From a virus, in UHGV virus genome UHGV-1822439: 21,010 nucleotides of DNA; one strand, 5' to 3'. Positions 15,540 to 21,010 of the stretch are shown piece by piece. Under the pieces are notes generated by a model. The model did no database searches, was not told the DNA's origin, and saw only the letters and a list, made by a program, of their open reading frames with translations. Position numbers and translations under genes: made by a program. Numbering within the stretch: the first letter of the stretch is position 1; every line of letters starts with the position of its first letter.

Positions 15540-16200
15540 GCTCGCGATTTTTCATTCTTTCCAGTACCTCCATAGCCTCCCTCATTCCATCGTCATAAGC
15601 CTTTTTGTCAAGCAATACATTTGGTCGTTTTTGTTTGTTTCTTGCTTCTTGCGGCATTTTGGCGCGTACTGCGGCCCTATATCCGGTCATTGTCATGCCC
15701 CATGCTTCTGATTCAGATAACCCCAGGTGGGCAACGGCAGAATAAACGAAATCAAGTACATCAAATGTCGGCTTGTACTCACCTTCCTGGATCTCGCTTG
15801 TATTTTCTTCCGGCCCGTCACCGATTAAACCGTGGTACATGCAATGCTGCGCCAGCGTGATAACGTCACTGGTAGGCATCAGTCCTGGTCTTAGTCGTAA
15901 CTTGCCGGAAGGAGTAAACCTACATTCGCCTAATAGCGTGCCTATTTCGTCGTCTGAGCAACATTTCAGGATGTGCATGGACGTTTGCACCATTTCACCA
16001 TAACACCGCGCCATAATGCGATTGCGAAGGTCTGGATCCGCTGGCAATCGTGATGGATATTTGCCACCGTGTATGGTTGCGAAGTATTCGACCAGTTCGC
16101 TGTCACTGCCGATTTTAGCCATTGCAGCGAAGCAGGGATTAAACACGTACCGCCTGCCGTCTACCACCGCCGCAAATTGTCCCGTTCGAACATGGATCAT
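15523..16200 (-). CDS. Tail assembly chaperone (G/T-like), 225 aa
   Basis: Assigned by position between tail tube and tape measure. ORF-track start 16209 is a GTG inside the SD AAGGTGA; ATG at 16200 (MIHVRTGQ...) is better placed. Single continuous ORF, no second-frame product seen. Confidence 0.45.
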   Translation of the reverse strand: MIHVRTGQFAAVVDGRRYVFNPCFAAMAKIGSDSELVEYFATIHGGKYPSRLPADPDLRNRIMARCYGEMVQTSMHILKCCSDDEIGTLLGECRFTPSGKLRLRPGLMPTSDVITLAQHCMYHGLIGDGPEENTSEIQEGEYKPTFDVLDFVYSAVAHLGLSESEAWGMTMTGYRAAVRAKMPQEARNKQKRPNVLLDKKAYDDGMREAMEVLERMKNREQEKAR

Positions 16201-16212
16201 AGCTGTCACCTT

Positions 16213-16236
16213 AAAAGAAAGGGGCCAGATGGCCCC
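16213..16236 (-). terminator. Hairpin/partial terminator after the major tail gene
   Basis: Palindrome GGGGCCA-GA-TGGCCCC (16221-16236); on the minus strand it is followed by TTTCTTTT (16220-16213), then the chaperone SD. Confidence 0.5.
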
Positions 16237-16254
16237 GATTGTTAATATTGATTA

Positions 16255-16731
16255 TTATGCTGCTGGGATGTCGCCAACCGTCACCTTGCCAGCACTTGAA
16301 CACTCAATGGACCAGGTGGAAACGTCGTCGTTAGGGTCTTCTTCTTTAAAGGAAGTGCAAAGAAACGGACCTTCAGTCACATCAGCCGGGGAAACAATTT
16401 TAAGCCAAACATATGGTTGCGATCCGGTTGTTTCGCCTGGGTTAATAACGTGGCGTTTAAGTGCCTTCTGATTATGAATTTCTTCAGTACGGGATACGCC
16501 GTCACCTGAGAAAGAAACAGATTTGTAAGTGACAAGTGATTCTTTGGTGTAGTCTGCTGATTTATCAGCGGTGGCGTCTGCGGTTTCCCATTCTACGGAA
16601 AGCGTTTTGCCGCGCATCATGCCTAACGCTTTATAAGAGCCGTCTTCAGGTTTCGCGTTAGGACAAGCGATAGCGTAGAATACAGCAACGTCGCGGCCTA
16701 AAAACGCGCCTTTTTCGCAAGTCTGAGACAT
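16255..16731 (-). CDS. Major tail (tube) protein (158 aa)
   Basis: Position upstream of chaperone and tape measure; size and beta-rich composition typical of small siphovirus tube proteins; followed by attenuator hairpin. Confidence 0.6.
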   Translation of the reverse strand: MSQTCEKGAFLGRDVAVFYAIACPNAKPEDGSYKALGMMRGKTLSVEWETADATADKSADYTKESLVTYKSVSFSGDGVSRTEEIHNQKALKRHVINPGETTGSQPYVWLKIVSPADVTEGPFLCTSFKEEDPNDDVSTWSIECSSAGKVTVGDIPAA

Positions 16732-16744
16732 GTTTAATTACCTC

Positions 16745-17131
16745 TTATCTGGATATGATGGTTTGAAAAGCTACGGTAAAAATAAAGCGCCCTTCTCTTG
16801 TCTGCATCGCAGGAATAGCGCCAACTGGCTTCATGTGTGTAATTTTATCAGTTTTATATTCTGTTAACATACTTTGACGGATGGCGTCAGCCAGGTCTTC
16901 CACTTCACTGATATTTGCATCATTACGCGCAGAAATAACCAGGATGCGGAAATAGTCGCGGGTTATTGCTTCCTCGCCAGCCGCGCCGCCGTTTTGCTGG
17001 ATAACAATATATCGGTCGTTATTCGAATTGGATTTTTCATTCCAGAAACGGGCCTGCAAAATATAGCCTTCATCGTATCCGTGGGATTTAATCCAATCCC
17101 TTATATTGTCGTACACTTCGCTGCGTTTCAT
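16745..17131 (-). CDS. Tail completion / terminator-like protein (128 aa)
   Basis: Position immediately upstream of the major tail gene; 4-nt overlap with the preceding gene. Family not verified. Confidence 0.4.
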   Translation of the reverse strand: MKRSEVYDNIRDWIKSHGYDEGYILQARFWNEKSNSNNDRYIVIQQNGGAAGEEAITRDYFRILVISARNDANISEVEDLADAIRQSMLTEYKTDKITHMKPVGAIPAMQTREGRFIFTVAFQTIISR

Positions 17132-17592
17132 ACCTTGTAACCTTCTACAATTTCTTTGTAAATATCATCAGCGTGGTTAGGGTCTTCGAATGCCTTGCGC
17201 AAGAATTCCGGCTCCGCGTTTGGATCCCAGTATTTACCCTTACCAGTACCGCCGCCGAATTCTATTACCTGTTTGGGTCCGAAATCTGAAAGGTTATTTG
17301 TTTTTCCGAAATGCTCGCGCGGCTGTCCTTTTAATGTACCTGGCATGTTGTGCACCCATTCAGCGTAGCGTGCCGTATATCCCAGGCGTAATTGCATACC
17401 GTCAGCCGTGTTCCCTATATACTGAAACTGGCTGTTAATTAAAAAGCCCGTATCAACCGGGGTCATGTTTGCAGCGAAGCCACCAGCCAGCATACCAACG
17501 CGCCATAAAACTTCGTGCGTCTTTTTATCTGTGATTTCCTTCAACTCCTGCCTTAATCGCTCCCTTACGCGTTTAACGCCCTTAATAGGCAT
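17128..17592 (-). CDS. HK97 gp10-like tail component (154 aa)
   Basis: N-terminal pattern MPIKGVKRVRERL... and the PVDTGFLINS motif resemble the HK97 gp10 family (from memory). Confidence 0.5.
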   Translation of the reverse strand: MPIKGVKRVRERLRQELKEITDKKTHEVLWRVGMLAGGFAANMTPVDTGFLINSQFQYIGNTADGMQLRLGYTARYAEWVHNMPGTLKGQPREHFGKTNNLSDFGPKQVIEFGGGTGKGKYWDPNAEPEFLRKAFEDPNHADDIYKEIVEGYKV

Positions 17593-17594
17593 AA

Positions 17595-17963
17595 TTAACC
17601 CCCTGTCACGATCTTATAATCCGGCGTATCGTAAAATAGACCCATATCCCATTTAACGATCCCAGTTATAACGTTCGCGCCTGCCGCCAGCGGGTCGGAA
17701 ATATCAGTGGTGTCACCAGTTGCGACCATCCAGCCAATTTCCGGGCGCTGTACTGGCTGCAAATTATGAAGCAGTTCGGTATATACGGTTATTGTGTTGC
17801 TAACCTCATTCCCGTTTGCGTCTGTTGCAGTGCCGTCCGTGCGTTCCCATGCGCAATCAACCAGGTATGGTGCGCCGTATACATCGGAGTTTGTCCAGTC
17901 GTCACGCGTTACGGGGTAAATGGTGGCTAATGCCTTGTAACTGAATCGCGCAATCTTACTCAT
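17595..17963 (-). CDS. Head-tail adaptor / head closure protein (122 aa)
   Basis: Position between connector-like and gp10-like genes; start ATG 17963 overlaps the upstream stop (TATGAGTAA). Confidence 0.45.
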   Translation of the reverse strand: MSKIARFSYKALATIYPVTRDDWTNSDVYGAPYLVDCAWERTDGTATDANGNEVSNTITVYTELLHNLQPVQRPEIGWMVATGDTTDISDPLAAGANVITGIVKWDMGLFYDTPDYKIVTGG

Positions 17964-18129
17964 AGCTAATGACCTTTGGATGAGTTTTCGCCACGCGCGG
18001 GCAAAGAATTACCCATAAGCCAGCATCATTGAGGTAGGCCGCCACCTGGCGTCCGCTATCCGTTTTAACCCACACGCGGGTAAATGGTTTCGGCAATACT
18101 GGATCCGGTAATGTCAGGTCGTTCCACAT
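17956..18129 (-). CDS. Small hypothetical protein (57 aa) in the head-tail joining cluster
   Basis: ATG at 18129 preceded by SD GGAGG; stop overlaps the next start codon (translational coupling). Below the ORF-track cutoff. Confidence 0.4.
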   Translation of the reverse strand: MWNDLTLPDPVLPKPFTRVWVKTDSGRQVAAYLNDAGLWVILCPRVAKTHPKVISYE

Positions 18130-18131
18130 TG

Positions 18132-18518
18132 TTACATCCTCCCACTTTTACCTATCCAAAGCCCTGCGTGCGCGGTGTTTTCTGGATCTGGTGGAATCAG
18201 TTCGGCTGTACAGTGATGTTTATCAAGGGAGTAAAGCAACGAGTAGGCTGCCTTCCATTTTTTATTGAAATCGACATAGCGGTATGACTGGCTTGCACCG
18301 TTCGTACCAGTATGCGAGGAAACGTATTTGTTAGCCTGGGTGAGTCCTAACAGGCCAATCAGGTAAAGTTGAATCAATGTTGCAGTGGAGGCCGGATAGT
18401 TGGCATCAAGGCATTCGTTAACGCTGTTTGCCTGCTCCACCAGCAAAGATAAGATAACGTCTGGCAGGTCAATACCCTGGCTTTCAAGATATTCCCGCGC
18501 CTGTTCTGTAGTGACCAT
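18132..18518 (-). CDS. Head-tail connector (gp6-like) protein
   Basis: Position just downstream of the major capsid gene; start moved to ATG 18518 (MVTTEQAREYLESQG...) which has SD GGAG; the ORF-track ATG at 18533 abuts the terminator U-tract and has no SD. Confidence 0.45.
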   Translation of the reverse strand: MVTTEQAREYLESQGIDLPDVILSLLVEQANSVNECLDANYPASTATLIQLYLIGLLGLTQANKYVSSHTGTNGASQSYRYVDFNKKWKAAYSLLYSLDKHHCTAELIPPDPENTAHAGLWIGKSGRM

Positions 18519-18535
18519 TTGTTTGCTCCACATAC

Positions 18536-18564
18536 AAAAAAAATCCCCGGCATCGCGCCGGGGA
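18536..18564 (-). terminator. Intrinsic terminator/attenuator after the major capsid gene
   Basis: Stem CCCCGGC (18545-18551) / GCCGGGG (18557-18563), loop ATCGC; minus strand shows an 8-nt U-tract (plus AAAAAAAA 18536-18543). Confidence 0.75.
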
Positions 18565-18583
18565 GTTACAGAGAAGATGCTAA

Positions 18584-19645
18584 TTACTCACCGCTACCAA
18601 AGACAACACCTGAACGACCAGCCATGTCAGCAGTGATCTGTAGACCCTCGGCAGACATGATGCGGAAGTTGTAGTTATCAGTCGGCATCTGGCGCGGCAG
18701 CGGAACAACACCAGTGGTCATACCGATCAGCGGGCTAATTACTGATTTCTGGCGCTGGTAGGCAATAAATTCGTTACCTGTCAGCGCGAAGGTCTGGCGA
18801 ACTTCACCAACCGGGAGGTATGGCTTGATAACATCCAGAACACGACCAACAACAGCGCCATTAACGATGTGAGGCGCAGCCAGGTTAGCCATGATTTCAG
18901 GGGATACCCACATGACATCGTACTTAGCTACGAAGTTAGCGCGGGCCAGAGCACCGAAAGCACCAGTAGTGAAGAATTTAATCAGCACGTCAAAGGTGGC
19001 GGTAGTCAGGTCGATTTTCGCGGTTTTCAGGCTCAATTTCTGTGTATTCTTGTGGGTTTTCAGGCCCATCGCCTTATGACCATCAACGACCATCGCGTCA
19101 TTCCCTTCAAGGTAGAATTTAACGCGGCGTTTGTTGAACTGGCGCAATTTAAGGCGCTGGCTATCCAGGGCGAGGTCAATACCAACGGTATTTAACCCAG
19201 CAGCGTGACGCCAGTTAACACCGTAACCTGCGGTGAACATTGGAATCGGGTCGCCATCGCTACCGTATTCGGTGTGATCAAAGCCGTGTGGCGCTTGACC
19301 ATCCATAGACATAACGACTTCATCGTTGATATCGCCTGCTACGCTGTACATTTTCAGCGTTTTACCGATAGGCAGTACGGTTTGCACAGCCATCAGGTCG
19401 TTGACGATCTCAATACCGATTTCTTCCTGGCTCAGTTCGATAATCTGATTATCGATTTCTTTCCAGAATTCTTTTTCGAAGCCGCCAACAGCGTTACAGG
19501 CCAGCATTTCAGCGGTCATATTCGCGCGGTTAGCTGCAATCATCGCGTTATGCTGCGCATTAAAGATATTGCGCTGCGCCCACAGTTCGCTCCAGTGCGC
19601 TTGCATACGGGCGTTTGTGGCTAAATTTTCTCTAGTAAAATACAT
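18584..19645 (-). CDS. Major capsid protein (353 aa)
   Basis: Size and position (after scaffold and decoration genes, before connector genes); SD AGAGG before ATG 19645; strong terminator downstream. Family (lambda E-like) is my recollection, unverified. Confidence 0.7.
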   Translation of the reverse strand: MYFTRENLATNARMQAHWSELWAQRNIFNAQHNAMIAANRANMTAEMLACNAVGGFEKEFWKEIDNQIIELSQEEIGIEIVNDLMAVQTVLPIGKTLKMYSVAGDINDEVVMSMDGQAPHGFDHTEYGSDGDPIPMFTAGYGVNWRHAAGLNTVGIDLALDSQRLKLRQFNKRRVKFYLEGNDAMVVDGHKAMGLKTHKNTQKLSLKTAKIDLTTATFDVLIKFFTTGAFGALARANFVAKYDVMWVSPEIMANLAAPHIVNGAVVGRVLDVIKPYLPVGEVRQTFALTGNEFIAYQRQKSVISPLIGMTTGVVPLPRQMPTDNYNFRIMSAEGLQITADMAGRSGVVFGSGE

Positions 19646-19660
19646 TATGTATACCTCTTT

Positions 19661-20074
19661 TTATGCGACGCGAACACGGACGAAATCAACCGCTTCCAGG
19701 GTTACGTCTTCCTGGCAATAAGCGACAGTGACCTCACCAAGTTTAATGGCCTGGTCTTTTTTATATGCACCAGTATTAAGGCGCATGGCGAACTCTCGGC
19801 CCTGCTCTACATAATCTGCAACTACTGTGTTACCTACTGCGATGGCATCACCAATACCTTTACCTTCATGATAAGCAGGATTAACGATATACAAGCGAGC
19901 ACCAGCGGTATAATCACTGGCAGCAGTGGCACTCTCGCCAGCCTCACCATCGACAGCGTTCACAAACTTACCGTCTTTCAACACCACCAGCGTCCCCGGT
20001 TTTAATTCAGCACCTGCTGCGCGTGTTTCGGTAATGGATTTACCATCAATATTTACACGACGAAAACGAAACAT
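19661..20074 (-). CDS. Head decoration protein (137 aa)
   Basis: Small gene directly upstream of the major capsid gene (the lambda D position); SD AAGGGGA before ATG 20074; Gly/Ala-rich beta-type composition. Confidence 0.5.
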   Translation of the reverse strand: MFRFRRVNIDGKSITETRAAGAELKPGTLVVLKDGKFVNAVDGEAGESATAASDYTAGARLYIVNPAYHEGKGIGDAIAVGNTVVADYVEQGREFAMRLNTGAYKKDQAIKLGEVTVAYCQEDVTLEAVDFVRVRVA

Positions 20075-20090
20075 TGTGATCCCCTTTTAA

Positions 20091-20915
20091 TTAGAAATAA
20101 GTGTTAAAGTCTGGTACTTCGCCTTTTTTACCTTCGCTTGCTGCGTTGGTTGCCATCGGCGTTGCGTTGCCCAGGGATTTAAACATTGCTTCTAACGCTT
20201 CCCCATTTAATGCGTTAGCAACAATTTCGCCGTGCACTTTTGCTACTGCGGCGCGTTTTTCTGCTACTTCTTTATTTGCGTTTGCTGCGATCTCTTCTTT
20301 AATCGCTTTCTGGTTGATCTGTAATTCTTCAACGCTTGCCTGTACTGGTTTAAGTGCTTCAGCGATTGCATTAGCCATATTTGCAGTGATGCTTTCGTTA
20401 ATTTCTTTTACCAGTTCGGCGCGTTCTTCTTTGGTCAAAGGCATGGGATCGTCCTCCGATTTATTGGCCTTAATTTTTTCATTCAGTGAGAAAAGATTGG
20501 ATAGGTGTTCAGCGAACTGAGCGAACCAGGATTTACCTTCCTCATTGGTTGCAAGCTCGCCATTATTGAGAATTATTTTATCAGCCTGTTTTTCATACGT
20601 GCAAACTTGAGCATTTTCAGCGTTAGTGGCAATAGTCACTTCTTTATCAGTGAAGTCCACAACATAGACATAATCTGCATCGGGGAACAGTTTACGCGCC
20701 GCTTCCTCAAGTTGTCTTTCAAGCGTGCGATAGCTGTTTTCTTTCATTGCCACCGCCATTAACGGCTTCGCCTGGTCAGTGTTAACCATCAGGCCAACGC
20801 CCTGTTCAGGCGATGCGGCAGGCGGTTCGTGCAATAAGATAGCGTCATGGTCAATCGACATAATTTTGACAACGCTGTCAGCACCCTGGGCTTTCATTTC
20901 TTCGGTGGCTGGCAT
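20091..20915 (-). CDS. Scaffolding protein (274 aa)
   Basis: Ala/Glu/Lys-rich, strongly helical sequence upstream of decoration and capsid genes. Start ATG 20915 lacks a clear SD; it lies 18 nt after the stop of the upstream gene. Confidence 0.55.
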   Translation of the reverse strand: MPATEEMKAQGADSVVKIMSIDHDAILLHEPPAASPEQGVGLMVNTDQAKPLMAVAMKENSYRTLERQLEEAARKLFPDADYVYVVDFTDKEVTIATNAENAQVCTYEKQADKIILNNGELATNEEGKSWFAQFAEHLSNLFSLNEKIKANKSEDDPMPLTKEERAELVKEINESITANMANAIAEALKPVQASVEELQINQKAIKEEIAANANKEVAEKRAAVAKVHGEIVANALNGEALEAMFKSLGNATPMATNAASEGKKGEVPDFNTYF

Positions 20916-20932
20916 ACGCTGACGATATACGG

Positions 20933-21010
20933 CTACGGATGACCAGATCGGATCTTTGCTTTCACCTTTTTCCAGCGCTTCCAGTCGGCTTCATAATTCG
21001 CGGCCTTGTT
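20933..21010 (-). CDS. 3' end of an upstream head gene (possibly prohead protease), partial
   Basis: Open minus-strand frame entering from the right edge (...NKAANYEADWKRWKKVKAKIRSGHP, stop 20933-20935). Only 25 codons visible; identity is positional guess. Confidence 0.3.
   Translation of the reverse strand, partial: NKAANYEADWKRWKKVKAKIRSGHP

Larger units (their letters stand above)
1..21010 (-). mobile_element. Lambdoid (lambda/HK97-like) siphovirus prophage, late structural module (partial; continues past the right edge)
   Basis: Colinear minus-strand order scaffold-decoration-capsid-connector-tail tube-chaperone-tape measure-M-L-K-I-J-fiber; recognisable similarity of five ORFs to lambda M, L, K, I, J. 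Confidence 0.85.

Noticed and set aside
15621-16471. Plus-strand ORFs 15621..15860, 15773..16003, 16016..16471
   Set aside because: Antisense to the chaperone and major tail genes; no SDs; the minus-strand genes fit the conserved module order.
1-21010. CRISPR arrays, tRNA/rRNA genes, integrase or transposase
   Set aside because: No regularly spaced direct repeats, no cloverleaf-like conserved tRNA segments and no recombinase-like ORF were seen; the repeats present are explained by J internal duplication and the junction motif.

Overview
This window is the late (head-tail structural) region of a lambdoid siphovirus prophage of enterobacterial type, encoded almost entirely on the minus strand. 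Reading right to left: C-terminal end of an upstream head gene, scaffold, decoration protein, major capsid, connector/adaptor genes, major tail tube, tail assembly chaperone, tape measure, then lambda-like M, L, K, I and J, two paralogous small tail proteins, a long tail fiber with a lectin-like C-terminus, and a small terminal gene followed by a strong terminator. What is not ordinary is that four junctions of the tail operon each carry an AT-rich plus-strand (antisense) moron cassette with its own Shine-Dalgarno sites and intrinsic terminator: fiber/post-J genes, L/M, M/tape measure, and tape measure/chaperone. These junctions share an 11-bp inverted-repeat half-site (ATCACAAAATG / CATTTTGTGAT). 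The best candidates for an undescribed accessory system (defence, anti-defence or exclusion) are the two compact four-gene cassettes of small proteins, at 10008-10909 and 11661-12509. All calls come from reading the translations and my recollection of lambda protein sequences; no database search or computation was possible, and AT-richness is judged by eye.
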